Shown: positions 39,309 through 52,236, counted from the stretch's first letter. The stretch: DNA of 64,000 nt from Eledone cirrhosa (GCA_964016885.1 OZ024744.1:94798001-94862000); one strand, 5' to 3'. Numbers and translations are program-made. Notes: generated from the letters alone by a model not told the origin.

Positions 39309-39539
39309 TAAAAATCAACAAAACATAGGAGGCAATTTTACAGTTATATTAGGTTCACGCTTTGGTAGAAATTGAGGAGGTTTCAACGTTTCATTGAAGT
39401 GTGTATACATTTATTGGGGACACCCTGTATATAAATGACATACCTTGAGCTCATAAATCTCGAAACGTGCATCACATGTGAATAAACATGATGATGCTAT
39501 TTCGATACCTCATTCCTACTCATTATTATTACTGTTATC

Positions 39540-40497
39540 GGAGCGCTTGGAGACTGGAATGTCTTCAGGCGCTCACAGCCCTCGACCAATCGGGCAATGT
39601 GATCGGTGGAAACTCCACCTTGGCGTTCTATAGGGGATTAGTGGAGGGGAAGAGCGACGACGTACTTGGAGAAACTCTAGGCGTCGACGAAAATCAACTA
39701 GCCAATCTCTTCGGAAGGACTTTCGGGCCGGGGCCTATGGACAACTTCCAGAAATCCCTGGCCTGGCAGTGCTACCGGGGTGCTTTGCCAGTTCGGGATA
39801 AACTTTACAGGCATGGAGGTGCCGTCAGCCGGGCATGTCTGAGATGCGCACAGGGCGACGAAACCGTCCTGCACGCACTCGTCCAGTGTCCGAGCATTGC
39901 TGACTTGTGGGTTTATGTCGAACACCTGCTGTCACGTGTAGGACGGATCCAGCTATCAGCTGATTCCATCGTGAGGATTGCCCCGCCCTCTACCTTTAGC
40001 CGGGAAGGGCAGGCAGTTTTTATCTGTCTGGTGGCCATGGCGAAAGAGATAGTATGGTGGACACGTTTGAAAGGGCTGAAGACGAGCACTTACCTCTTCG
40101 GTGATGCCCTGATTAACTTTTTCAAATTTCATCTGAAAAGGAAAATCAGGGTAGAGAGGGAAGTGCTCTCTTCCCAGCATTTTGTTGAAAGATGGGTGAG
40201 AGAAGCACGTATGGCCCGAATGAATGGGCCTTCTCTGAGTATGTGTCTGTAAATTAAAGGTGGAAAACTGGGAGAGGGCACTTGCCCTGGTGGTCAGGGC
40301 CACTGTGGTCTTTTAATGGGCTTTCTCCACAAATGTCCCTCGGAAGTCTCCCCCCTATTGGGGAATTTTTCTTTGTTATTTTATTTCATCCTCTGTTTTT
40401 TTTTACACGCAGAAATGCCCATTTGTACCGTCCTGTATTGTCCTGTACTGTCCTTAATGTCTACTTTATGTAAACCCTTGTGGTTAATAAAGAAAAC
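39540..40497 (+). mobile_element. L1/Tx1-clade LINE 3' end (ORF2 C-terminal CCHC domain plus 3' UTR) in a (TTA)n tract
   Basis: LAWQCYRGALPVRDKL..CLRC..DETVLHALVQC..LW (zf-RVT-like), stop at 40252; end CCCTTGTGGTTAATAAAGAA. Confidence 0.85.
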
Positions 40498-41413
40498 ATT
40501 ATTATTACTGTTATCATTACTGTTATTATTATTATCATTATTATTATTATTATTATTAAAAATTGTTGGCCGTGTGCCTAAAATCAGACATTATTATTAT
40601 TATTATTAAGCGGCGGATTGGCAGTATCGGTAGAGGGTCGGACGCCATGCTTTCCAGCATAGTTACGTCCCTTTATGATCTGAGTTCAAATCCCGCCGAG
40701 GTTAACTTTGCCTTTCATCCTTACGGGGTCGATAAAATAAAGTACCAGTAATGCACTGGGATAATTGCTGGCCTTGTGCTAAAAGTAGAAACAATTATTA
40801 TTATTATTATTGAGGATTGGCAGTATCGGTAGAGGGTCGGATGGCATCCTTTACAGCATAAAGTTATGGCCCTTTAAGATTTGAGTTCAAATCATGCCGA
40901 GGTTAACTTTGCCTTTCATCCTTACGGGGTCGATAAATAAAGTACCAGTAATGTACTGGGGTAATTGCTGGCCTTATGCCAAAAGTAGAAACAATTATTA
41001 TATATATATATTATGGTGTAAGTCAAGAAGAGAGGTCTGATAGCCTTTACATGAATTTTGAGACAAGTAAGCTTGATATAATGGTATCACTGGCATTTTG
41101 TTACAACCCCCCCCCCCCAATGTATGAGTGTGTGGGTGACATTCACACGTTCACTTCAAAACCATGTTAATATTTTGATCATACACTGTGGCCCCTTGAG
41201 TAAGAGTCTTCAAATTGACCAATGCTTTGTGTGTGAATTTGGTAGATGGAAAATGTAAGGAAGTCCAATGTGTACACACACACATATATATATATATGGG
41301 TATTAGAACTAATGTGGGTAAAAAATTCGTAGCTCTCCTAGACAAGCACTTCCTTATAGGGTATAAATACAGATCTATCTTTAATAAAGAAATATATCTT
41401 TAATAGACACAGG

Positions 41414-42194
41414 GTGACACTCAGATATTCCTGTGCTAAAAATATGAAAGCTCACATCATCACAAACCCCAAGAGCTCTCCCCCACCCAGATGCTCTTGC
41501 AGAAAGCCGGAATCATGCCCTCTACTACAACAGTGTAACACACTTGCAGTCAACTATGAGGCTGAGGTTACACCCACTTGGCCGAATCAACAGCAGGAGG
41601 TCAAAACATATGTAAGTATGTTGAAGGGCTGGTTTAAAGAATGCTTCCTTAACAATCGGACGACCTTTAGACACCCTGATAAGCAATTGTCCATGAAGTT
41701 GGCAAGCCACGTATGATCATTCAAGGATGCAGACGTGAATTTCTCCATTCAAAGAAAAATTCTCACTAAATCAAGGCCATACAAAATGGAACAAAGTTCT
41801 GTAAGTTGTGCATTGATGAAAGAGTAAATATCTTGCAGAGGTTACATAACAGTATATGCATTAACATGAGAGCCAATTTTTTAAATTGCTGCCCCCAAGC
41901 TGAACACATTTCTATTATGTAACTGGAAGGAATCAGGATAACCAGAAATTTAACCTGGATAGAACTATCACAAGCGATTGTTCTTCAAAAGTTGTCTCCC
42001 CTACAATAGTCTAACTGAGCTGTCTCCAGCTAGCTCATAAGTACTTCCATTCTCACATTAACCACACACGAGTTGAAGAATCCTTCAGGTAAAACACGTG
42101 TTCTCAAGTATGGTTTGTTAATTTGTTGTGGAATTATCTCTATACTGAACGAAGTGCTCTACCAACTTTGGATATAACCTCCTGGTTTTTACCA

Positions 42195-42200
<6 letters not shown>
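41414..42200 (+). mobile_element. Degenerate PLE (GIY-YIG) with a decayed HHR at 42070-42105
   Basis: YSC..NMK..CSCRKPESCPL..C..NYEAEV..YVS..FK..KLASHV. GAG TTGAAGA..AAAAC ACGT GTT CTC. Confidence 0.75.
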
Positions 42201-42226
<26 letters not shown>

Positions 42227-42230
<4 letters not shown>

Positions 42231-42560
42231 GCTTAGTGGTTAGAGCATCGACTTACAATTGTGACATTGTGAATTCAATTTTCATACCGGACAGTGTGTT
42301 GTGTCCTTGAGCAAGACACTTTATTTCATGTTGCTCCAGTTTACTCAGCTGTAGAAACGAGTTGCGCTGTCACTGGTGCCAAGCTGTGTTGGCCATTGTA
42401 TTCCCCTTGGACAACATCGCTGGCATGGAAAGGAGAGGCTGGTATGCATGGGCGACTGCTGGTCTTCCACAAACAACCTTGCCTGGACTTGTGCCTTGGA
42501 GGTGAACTTTCAAGGTGCAAATCTCATGGCCATATATGACCAAAGGGGCCTTTACTCTTA
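42227..42560 (+). mobile_element. tRNA/CORE SINE
   Basis: TGGCTTAGTGGTTAG head; TGTGTCCTTGAGCAAGACACTT..CAGTTTACTCAGCTGTAGAAA resembles the MIR CORE domain. Confidence 0.8.
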
Positions 42561-43125
42561 ATATATATATATTATCCAACCTTCACTATTATCATCAGAT
42601 GTTTACTTTAAAAGCTGGCATGGGTTGGATGGGTTGTCATGGTTTGAGATCAGACGGGTTGGAGCGACACACAGACATATGTAAGTAGTGTAGAGTGTGT
42701 TTGTGCATGTATGTGTATGTGCTCTTTGTTTAATCATGCATCATCATTATATCAACACTGTTAATATGTGGTGATGATGTTTCTGGCTTGCATAAACAAT
42801 GTGCCTCACAGCTTAGCAATTTATACTATACTTAAACATATTGTACAGATTGGCATGAGAAAGGGCATCCAGCCGTAAATAATCTGCCATAGAACCACAT
42901 TGGCATACGGTTGGATAATACATGTGTCTCTATATGCATTTTTTGCATATAGGAAAACATACTTTATTATTATTAATCTCCCCTAAGGTCGAGATAACAT
43001 TTTGGTCGTTTAAACTGCTACTATTTCTAGTGGCAGGACATTGACCTTTCCGCCCTTGCCTTCTATCTTTACACACGGCACTAGACAAGATTGTTTCTTT
43101 ATCATACACTCTCATCGGGGAACAG

Positions 43126-43323
43126 TTCTGTATGGCGCCAGTTCGTGATTTGAACTCGGGAATTTTATATTCTCCGAGTGAGAAAAACCCTCTGACGAAA
43201 GTCTCCATCTCAACGGTGTTCTGCATTTGCTAAACCATTGAGAAGGAGACTTTCGTCAGAGGGTTTTTCTCACTCGGAGAATATAAAATTCCCGAGTTCA
43301 AATCACGAACTGGCGCCATAGAA
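43126..43323. repeat. Fold-back with ~90-bp arms and a ~16-nt loop
   Basis: TTCTGTATGGCGCCAGTTCG..ACGGT / ACCATTG..CTGGCGCCATAGAA. Confidence 0.9.
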
Positions 43324-43713
43324 GACCCACCATGCCTATGTACAAAGCGAAACCTACAGTCAGTAGGCACCTCTTAACCAAATATAGACCCCAATCCACT
43401 ACCCCTACCCTATCCTCCCACTCCCACCAACACCACCACCTCTCTATAAAGTTGGTACCACAACATCCAATCCAAATAAATGAGATAAATGAGATCAAGA
43501 TCGAGATCGTGTAGGTGTCACGAGAAAAAAACACACAGTCCACGCTGTAATGTGGCCGTGTAGGTAACACGGTAAAAAGTTCCCAGTTCCACACTGTAAA
43601 TGTGGTTGGTGTTAGGAAGGGCATCCAGCCGTAGAAAACCTGCCAGATAGTCCTATATGAGCGAGACACGGTCACCCGACCAACCTTGCCTCAAATGGGA
43701 CAACTCCCGTCTA

Positions 43714-44043
43714 ACAGAACATTGGCCTTGCAATCGAAAGGTTGTGAGTTCAATTCTCAGACCAGGTGATGTGTTGTTTCCTTGAGCAAGACACTTTATT
43801 TCACATTGCTCCAGTTTACTCAGCTGTAGAAATGAGATGATAGGACTGGGGTCCCTATCATTCCACTGCAAAATGGTCGTGGAGGTGCCACGGCAAAAAA
43901 GCACCCAGCACTCACTGTAAATGAGGTTGGTGTTAAGAAGGGCATCCAGCTATAGAAATCAAGCCAGAATCAGTTCCCGTCCCACCCTTGCAAGCAGGGA
44001 AAAGCGGACGTAAAATGATGATGATGATGATGATGATGATGAT
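43714..44043 (+). mobile_element. CORE SINE with RTE-derived 3' tail (second copy 53303-53560)
   Basis: B box, CORE, body, then CCCACCCTTGCAAGCAGGGAAAAGCGGACGTAAAA(TGA)n matching the RTE LINE end. Confidence 0.85.
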
Positions 44044-44959
44044 ATATATATATATATATTTTTTTATACATACGTATATATATATATATAGACACACACA
44101 TACATATTATATATATATATATAGTGCTGAAGCTTGGCCTTAACCATGATAACTAAAAAAAAATAATAATAAAAAATGAACTAAAGAGTATATTTGAAAA
44201 TTATATTATGTTTATATACATTTGTACACACATACACACAAACACTCACATATATATATACACACACACACATACATAGCTACATAGACACATATTCCAT
44301 GATGTATATATATGAGCATGTATGATACATACATGTCTATACATCACATACACACACACATATATATATAGACACAGTGATACAGATTCTATGATGTATA
44401 TATATAAGCATGTATGATACATACATGTTATTAGATACAAATTCCCACACACGCTTATTATGTTAAGTTACGATTTCTATTTTTTTTGTTGCAGTTCAGG
44501 AGAAAAGTTATCGATAATGCAAACAAGTATCCATCAACAGAACAACAACAACAAACAACAATAATAATAATCTAAAATAATAATTGTTTCTACTTTTGGC
44601 ACAAGACCAGCAATTACCCAGTACATTACTGGTATTTTATTTTATCGACCCTGTAAGGATGAAAGGCAAAGTAAACCTTGATGCGATTTAAACTCAGACT
44701 GTAAAGGGACGTAACTATGCTGGAAAGCATGGCGTCCAACTCTCTACCAATACTGCCAATTCACTGCCCTAATCTAAATAATAATAATAATAATAATAAT
44801 AATTGTTTCTACTTTTAGCACAAGGCCAGCAATTATCCCAGTGCATTACTGGTATTTTATTTTATCGACCCCCATAAGGATGAAAGGCAAAGTTAACCTC
44901 GGCGGGACTTGAACTCAGAATGGAAAGGGCCGTAACTCTATGCGTTAAAGCATGGCGTC

Positions 44960-45470
44960 CGATGGTTTCTTATATAAACACAAGGCCAGCATATTTGGGG
45001 GGAGGCGGGAAGTCAATTAAATCGACCCCAGTGCGTGACTGCTTTATTTATTTCATCGACCCCAGTGCGTGACTGCTTTATTTATTTCATCGACCCCAGT
45101 GCGTGACTGCTTTATTTATTTCATCGACCCCCATAAGGATGAAAGGTGAAGTTAACATCGGCGAGATTTGAACTCAGAATGGAAAGGGCCGTAACTCTAT
45201 GCGTTAAAGCATTGCGTCCGATGGTTTCTTATATAAACACAAGGCCAGCATATTTGGGGGGAGGGGGGAAGTCAATTAAATCGACCCCAGTGCGTGACTG
45301 CTTTATTTATTTCATCGACCCCAGTGCGTGACTGCTTTATTTATTTCATCGACCCCAGTGCGTGACTGCTTTATTTATTTCATCGACCCAGTGCGTGACT
45401 GCTTTATTTATTTCATCGACCCCGCAAGGATGAAAGGTGAAGTTAACATCGGCGGGATTTGAACTCAGAA
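44960..45470 (-). repeat. Tandemly duplicated SINE units, each containing a 34-bp internal minisatellite
   Basis: ATCGACCCCAGTGCGTGACTGCTTTATTTATTTC x3 and x4. Confidence 0.85.
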
Positions 45471-45677
45471 TAATAATAATAACAATGACGGGAAGAACGA
45501 AAATTGTTTCAAACATAGAAAATGAAATAGAAAAAATTTATCTTATGAGCAAATATTTAGATAGTTATAGTGTGTGTTGATGTGAGTTTTACAAGAATTG
45601 GCTTAGCTGCCTATGCTGATTTTATTTGTTGGAGATCACTAACTTCATATCTTTGGTTTATTTGTTTATTTTCTCAG

Positions 45678-45711
<34 letters not shown>

Positions 45712-45717
<6 letters not shown>

Positions 45718-45919
45718 GTTATTCCGGGTTGAATCGGAGGTAACCACAGTAAGTAAGGTACTCAATACATTGCAGAGTATAAAAGTTTTAATATAGATGA
45801 GATTCTACAGGACTAGAACTGTTTCATTCTTTATGATTTCTAAATGATTCTTTATGATTCCTGATGATTTCTAAAGAATGAAACAGTTCTAGTCCTGTAG
45901 AATCTCATCTATATTAAAA

Positions 45920-45922
<3 letters not shown>
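45712..45922. repeat. Family B asymmetric fold-back in (TA)n
   Basis: Arms ~45786-45836 / 45873-45922, left tail ~70 nt. Sister copy in opposite orientation at 50253-50426. Confidence 0.85.
45856..45904 (+). ncRNA. Type I hammerhead, canonical core, GUA site (family B)
   Basis: GATTC CTGATGA t TTC taaa GAA t GAAA CAG ttctagtc CTG TA GAATC. Confidence 0.8.
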
Positions 45923-45949
<27 letters not shown>

Positions 45950-45952
<3 letters not shown>

Positions 45953-46301
45953 TCATCATCATCATCATCATCATTTTATGCCCGCTTTTCCCTGCTTGTA
46001 AGGGTGGGACGGGTCCTATTCAGCACACCATCTCCCCACTTGTCACGGTCCTTCATCATCTCCTCCGTGAGCTTCAGTGATCTGAGGTCTGCTCTCACCA
46101 CCTCCACCCATGTAGAAGGAAGACACAGTAGAGGTAGACCACGTAAAACATGGGTGGAGGTGGTGAGAGCAGACCTCAGATCGCTGAAGCTCACCGAGGA
46201 GATGACGAAGGACCGTGACAAGAGGAAAGATGTTGTGCTGAATAGGACCCGTCCCACCCTTGCAAGCAGGGAAAAGCAGACGTAAAATGATGATGATGAT
46301 G
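45950..46301. mobile_element. Two RTE LINE 3' ends fused head-to-head, tails outward
   Basis: 45950-46112 (-) and 46111-46301 (+); (TCA)n on the left and (TGA)n on the right. Confidence 0.9.
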
Positions 46302-46704
46302 AAGTTGAAAATTGTAGTTCAATGACCACAAGCTATAAATAGCCACATGGGCCTTCTATTAATAGTTTCTAAATTTCTTTACCATGAAAATATAATAGTA
46401 TATATAGAGTTTTAGTGCTGGTGCCAAGATAAAATGCACCTAGTACATACTATAAAGTGATAAATAATGTTGGCACCATAAAAAATGCACATAAAAAATG
46501 GGGTGGATAAAATAAAGTACCAGTAATACTCTAGGATGATTGCTGGCCTTGTGCCAAAGGTAGAAATAATTATTAAGATTTTTATATGTATGCATGTTGG
46601 CTTAACAGTAGTCTGGGGTAGGGGAGGGAAGTCAGTAGATCTACTTCAGTTCTGACTCAGTCTTGGAAGACCTGTCCAACCCTTGCTAGCAGGGAAAGTT
46701 GACA

Positions 46705-46918
46705 TTAACCCTTTAGCATTTAAACTGGCCATATCCAGCCAGAATTCTCTCATCTCTTTCTGTTCAAACTGGCTGCAACCAGCTGCTCATCCTACATTAA
46801 GGTATTGTTCTCAAAATAAATAATATCAAAATCTCATAGATTTGATATTATGTGAGATAAAGCCTTTACTGTAAAAATACAATAGTATATATAGAGTAAT
46901 GTAAATACTAAAGGTTAA
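46705..46918 (+). mobile_element. piggyBac-type MITE
   Basis: TTAA|CCCTTTAGCATTTA...TAAATACTAAAGG|TTAA; four copies in the window. Confidence 0.8.
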
Positions 46919-47242
46919 ATTGATGATCATGATGATGATGATGATGATGATGATGTATGGGCTGTTTGATCTGATTTAGAATAGGTACACTGTATAGCTG
47001 TATGTTAACTACAAGAGGTGAATAAAAGAGCTGGTGATAGGAAGGGCATCCAACTGTAAGATATTGCCTAAAAAAAAAAACGACTCCATGATGTGTAAGA
47101 AGCCTGTTACGAGACTAGCATGACTAACTCTTGCTTCAGCAGATAAAACGGTCTTTAAAAAAGCTTGCTGTATGAATGTTTTAATGAGAAATATATTTTC
47201 TACAGGAAATATATTAAAACTTTAATTTTTAAAGAATGAAAA

Positions 47243-47283
<41 letters not shown>

Positions 47284-47794
47284 CAGGTACAAAATACACC
47301 ATAATTAATAAAACTTAATGAACTGAAATAAAACTTTTAATTATGCTATATATATAAATATATACACACACACACACATATATATGTACATACATATATA
47401 TATGTATATATATATACAATATACATAAATATACATATACATACATATATATGTATATATATATATACAAAATACATATATATAAACATATACATATATA
47501 TACATATATATACACAATACATATATATATATACATATATACAAAATACATATATATACATATATATACAAAGTACATATATATACAAAATACATATATA
47601 TATATATATATACACACATATATACACACACATATACACATATATATATATATGTATACATATATAAATGTATGTATTATTTTAGTTTAATGTTAGTAGC
47701 TTTGAAATAATGCGCTTAAATTTCCATGCAAACAAATATTAACAAAAGATTTGCATAAGTGGTAGGTTTTGAGCAATCAAAAAGCAAATAATAA

Positions 47795-47823
<29 letters not shown>

Positions 47824-47829
<6 letters not shown>

Positions 47830-48198
47830 GAGTTAAACAATATTCAATGATTATATCAAAGAATGAGTTTTACAGTAGATTGGAAGCACTCTACGGAAAA
47901 TAATTTTCCAGAGTTATTAATATTAAAATACAAATATTAATAAAATAGATGTTCTTTTTATCAATTACATTTTATTATACATATATCGGATGTACAACAG
48001 TACGTCCTCATCAGACAAAATGTAATGATATATGACGTACCCTGAGATGTTAAACGGTTAAGATCTTAACCGTTTAACATCTCAGGATATGTCATATATC
48101 ATTATATTTTGTCTGATGAGGACGTACTGTTGTACATCCGATATATGTATAATAAAATGTAATTGATAAAAAGAACATCTATTTTATTAATATTTGTA

Positions 48199-48207
<9 letters not shown>
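47824..48207. repeat. Family E spacerless palindrome (47920-48207) plus ~95-nt tail; HHR-like motifs at 47964-48026 (-) and 48101-48163 (+)
   Basis: Centre GGTTAAGA|TCTTAACC. ATTTTGT CTGATGA GGACGTAC tgtt GTACATCC GATA TATGTA TA ATAAAAT (GAAA replaced by GATA in both arms). Confidence 0.85.
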
Positions 48208-48241
<34 letters not shown>

Positions 48242-48243
<2 letters not shown>

Positions 48244-48398
48244 CGAAGGAAATGTGGTAAGGAACCAGGTGGACCATAACGCACCAAAGTACTCAATACT
48301 TAGGGTAGTAGAGTGGGTAATAGGAACAAGTAAGACCCCGACGGCTGAGCTCAAGCCGTCGAAACGGCTTGAGCTCAGCCGTCGGGGTCTTACTTGTT

Positions 48399-48403
<5 letters not shown>
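48242..48403. repeat. Family J fold-back turning inside the HHR GAAA (arms 48320-48359 / 48364-48403, 78-nt tail)
   Basis: GAAACGGCTTGAGCTCAGCCGTCGGGGTC is the 3' half of the 25934/34727 ribozyme; TA-flanked. Confidence 0.85.
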
Positions 48404-48435
<32 letters not shown>

Positions 48436-48629
48436 AAACAACAAAAACAAGTCAAACAAACAATATATATAATAAACTACTAAAAAAAAAAAATAATAAT
48501 GCATAGCTAATAATAAATAAATAAATAAATATATATATAATTAGAAACAATATATAAAACAAAACAACAGCAACAATTACACCAGCAGGATATCAACCAT
48601 TCTGAAGGAGAGAGACAGACTGATGACAG

Positions 48630-48632
<3 letters not shown>

Positions 48633-48718
<86 letters not shown>

Positions 48719-48920
48719 AATGAGAGAGTGAATGAGAGAAGGTGAATGAAAGAGGGTGAATGAGAGAGGGTGAATGAGAAAGAGAGTGAATGAGAGAGAC
48801 AGAACAAGAGTAAATGAGAAACAGAGTGAATGAGAGAGGGTGAATGAGAGAGTGTGAATGAGAAAGAGTGTGAATGAGAAAGAGTGTGAATGAGAAAGAG
48901 AGTGAACGAGAAAGAGTGAT
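48633..48920. repeat. (GA)n followed by a (TGAATGAGAAAGAGTG)-type repeat
   Basis: Direct inspection. Confidence 0.9.
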
Positions 48921-49329
48921 TTTGAAGAGGTTGTCCAATGAATTAGAATTTGACAAGAGCCAAATATAAAGTGTGTTGCAGGGAAATAATATATATTTGC
49001 ATATATTTGCATATATTTGTAGGTATTCACATTAACAAAAATAGAGTATGCTGTATGTGTAGCACAAATATGGATATAATGATATAGTCCATTAAGGATA
49101 ATAAATACATTGGAACTTCAAGTCTCATATCTACTTGAAAATTAAAGCAATCTTCAGACAACAAAGATAACAGTTTTCTAGAATTTTCAGGATATATAGC
49201 AAAAGGTTCTAGTATTGAATTTTGCGTTGAACAAAAAGTAGTAAGTGTTACAACTCATTGCATATAGATATTAACAGGTCTGAATTATTTCCATTGAAGT
49301 ACTTAGGATATGTATGTATGTATGTTCTT

Positions 49330-50010
49330 CTGGTTTTATAATTTCACAAAGTTTTACCAATAGAGAGAGAGTTGGTTTCTAACATAGACACAAGACTCTC
49401 TCATTGGAATTTACACAACATCAACTAGGTAGATATGTATGTATGTCTGCATGTGTAGATATGGATGTTATTGTATGTGTGGATGTGGATGTTTTGAGTT
49501 GTATGTGTACATGTGTATATGCTTTGTATCTGTACATGTGTATATGCAGTTATTAGATGCAACATTTTTGGAATGTTTTACATATTTTTACTGTTCCATT
49601 AATGGATTGTACTTGTAATTTCCTAACTAGTTGTGTTCTTTCTGTTCCTGTGAATCCTAGCTTCTCAAGATTTGTATTGAGGCAGTTACTAACATATCCC
49701 AGTGCCCCAATAATCACAGGCATAAATCTGAAGGTGTAATCAGGGTGGAGTATCTGCAGATTTCTCATCAGTTTTGCTTAAATGTTCTCCTTTTCACTAA
49801 TCTTTGATATTATATTGGCATCTGCTGGCAGCTAACTTCCACTACTGTGCATGTTTTCTTCTCCCTATCCCATATCATAATATCTGGTCTGTTATGCCTG
49901 CATTTTATTGGGGTTTTTACTGGAACATTCCACCAGTACTCTTTCATATTATGTATATGGATGTCTTCCACATTGCTGTAGCTTTTATGTATGTTCTTCT
50001 GGTTTTATAA
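49330..50010 (-). mobile_element. R4/Dong-like RLE non-LTR retrotransposon 3' fragment
   Basis: HNRPDIMIWD..VVEVSC..EKENI..PVIIGALGYV..GTVKICKTF. Confidence 0.75.
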
Positions 50011-50159
50011 TTTCACAAATATGTATCTATATATATATATATAATATATATATAATATATATATTTATGCATATATATATATCTATATATATCTATATAT
50101 GTATATATATCTATCTCTCTATATATATATATACACACGCACACACACACATATATATG

Positions 50160-50240
<81 letters not shown>

Positions 50241-50252
50241 GCACAAAAATAT

Positions 50253-50426
50253 ATATAAAATTTTATACAGAAATGGCGTCAACAGGACTAGAACTGTTTC
50301 ATTCAAAAGAAATCATCAGGAATAAAAAAAGTTCTAGTCCTGTAGAACCCATTTCTATATAAAATTTTGTATATCCTTTAATATATTTTACTTACTGTGG
50401 TTACTCCCGATTGAACCCCGGGATTC
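50253..50426. repeat. Family B fold-back (HHR core on the - strand at 50280-50323)
   Basis: Minus: CTGATGA t TTC tttt GAA t GAAA CAG..CTG TT; tail homologous to 45712-45785. Confidence 0.75.
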
Positions 50427-50763
50427 ACACACATACACACACACACATATATATATATATACAGATACATAAATATATATATATCACGTTTCTTCTAAGT
50501 TTAAATTTACACCTAATTGTGTATGGTTGACGGTATATTTAGTCAGTTTCTACATGCTGTTGAAATGTTGGATAAATACTCTATTGGGGTCAACCGCGAA
50601 GAGGCCGCTTTCGGTTATTTGTCGAAAATTTCTTCATAGGAGCCTTTATTCTTATAGCTTGGTCTAATTGATTTTTTATATGTTTAATTATGCTAATTGG
50701 GAGAGGAAATGGTATATATTCTATCTAATAATTCTAAGGACATGATTTATGATATATATATAT

Positions 50764-50960
50764 AACAAAGGAAATGTGGTAAGGAACCAGGTGGACCATA
50801 ACGCACCAAAGTACTCAATACTTAGGGTAGTAGAGTGGGTAATAGGAACGAGTAGGACCCCGACAGCTGAGCTGAAGCCGTTTCGACGGCTAATTATGGG
50901 TTTTAGTCCAGAATTAGCCGTCGAAACGGCTTGAGCTCAGCCGTCGGGGTCCTACTCGTT

Positions 50961-50965
<5 letters not shown>
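50764..50965. repeat. Family J fold-back (arms 50842-50895 / 50912-50965)
   Basis: Same tail and short-arm end as 48242-48403, but a different turn point. Confidence 0.85.
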
Positions 50966-51010
<45 letters not shown>

Positions 51011-51134
51011 TGTAGTAAGGTTGCTTGGATGCGTCTATAGGCGGTATGCTGGTTGAGCACTCTATGCTCCTTCAGAGCAGAGTATGATAACATGGAAAAC
51101 GAAGAATCAGTGATGCATCAGACACAAATTTATT

Positions 51135-51227
51135 ACGTATTACAATTGTTTCTCCGGCAAACAGCCTGAGGTGCGATCTGTTTGTGGATCAAACCTGACT
51201 CTGGATTCGCAAGTTCCTCAGATACGT
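51135..51227 (-). ncRNA. Hammerhead with large stem II insertion (family C relative)
   Basis: Minus: ACGTAT CTGAGGA ..~60 nt.. GAAAC AATT GTA ATACGT; stem I covaries with the 33905 copy. Confidence 0.75.
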
Positions 51228-51272
51228 CTTGTGATTTCGAGGCAAATCCTCTTTCAAATCTGTTTTCCATAT

Positions 51273-51365
<93 letters not shown>

Positions 51366-51475
51366 GTATATATGTATATATATATATAAATATGTGTATA
51401 TATGTATATATATATATAAATATGTGTATATATATATATATATATAAATATGTGTGTATATATATATATATATAA

Positions 51476-51525
<50 letters not shown>

Positions 51526-51537
51526 ATATATATATAA

Positions 51538-51592
<55 letters not shown>

Positions 51593-51593
51593 A

Positions 51594-51652
<59 letters not shown>

Positions 51653-51658
51653 AATATG

Positions 51659-51718
<60 letters not shown>

Positions 51719-52236
51719 AATTAATACTACTGCACCAAATGACCAGCCCTGTCCACTGTCCAGTTGGTCAAGTAGAGATTAAAATCGGCACCCCCAAAAT
51801 TCTTATTTAGATTTACTCATGGTATTCTCATTAAAAACCCATTATATACTTGTTTAGCAGTAAATTATTTTACCATCTGTCATATTCTATCCCCTCTGTT
51901 CCTTCCTCTTTTACTAATATAAATACTTCAATTTTTCTGATTTTATCCAGTTTATCCAAAATCTCTGAAGAAGTGACAACTGATTATACATTTGCTATCG
52001 AATACTTGCTAACATTATATGATTACGCAAGCAGCGATACATAGATTCGGTCTGTTACAGAAACATATGTCAATACCTAATAAATTCCTTTTTTAACAAA
52101 AGCACTTTCATTTTATATTCATCCTTTCTACATTTCTCCGGAATATAATTTATACTCGTTGAGCAAACCTGCACGTACGCTGTTCATCTCTAACGTAACG
52201 ATATATTATCACTACATTATTGATAACCTGAAATTT

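Noticed and set aside
43086-43260. Hammerhead-like pieces (CCGATGA..GAAACAATCTTGTC on -, CTGACGA on +)
   Set aside because: Stems I and II could not be formed; at best a decayed motif
47920-48403. Possibility that all palindromes are sequencing or assembly chimeras
   Set aside because: Arms carry substitutions and arm-specific insertions with TSDs, and end points recur between independent loci; read-level confirmation is still advised
50590-50640. GAAGA..GAAA patterns on both strands
   Set aside because: No consistent three-stem fold
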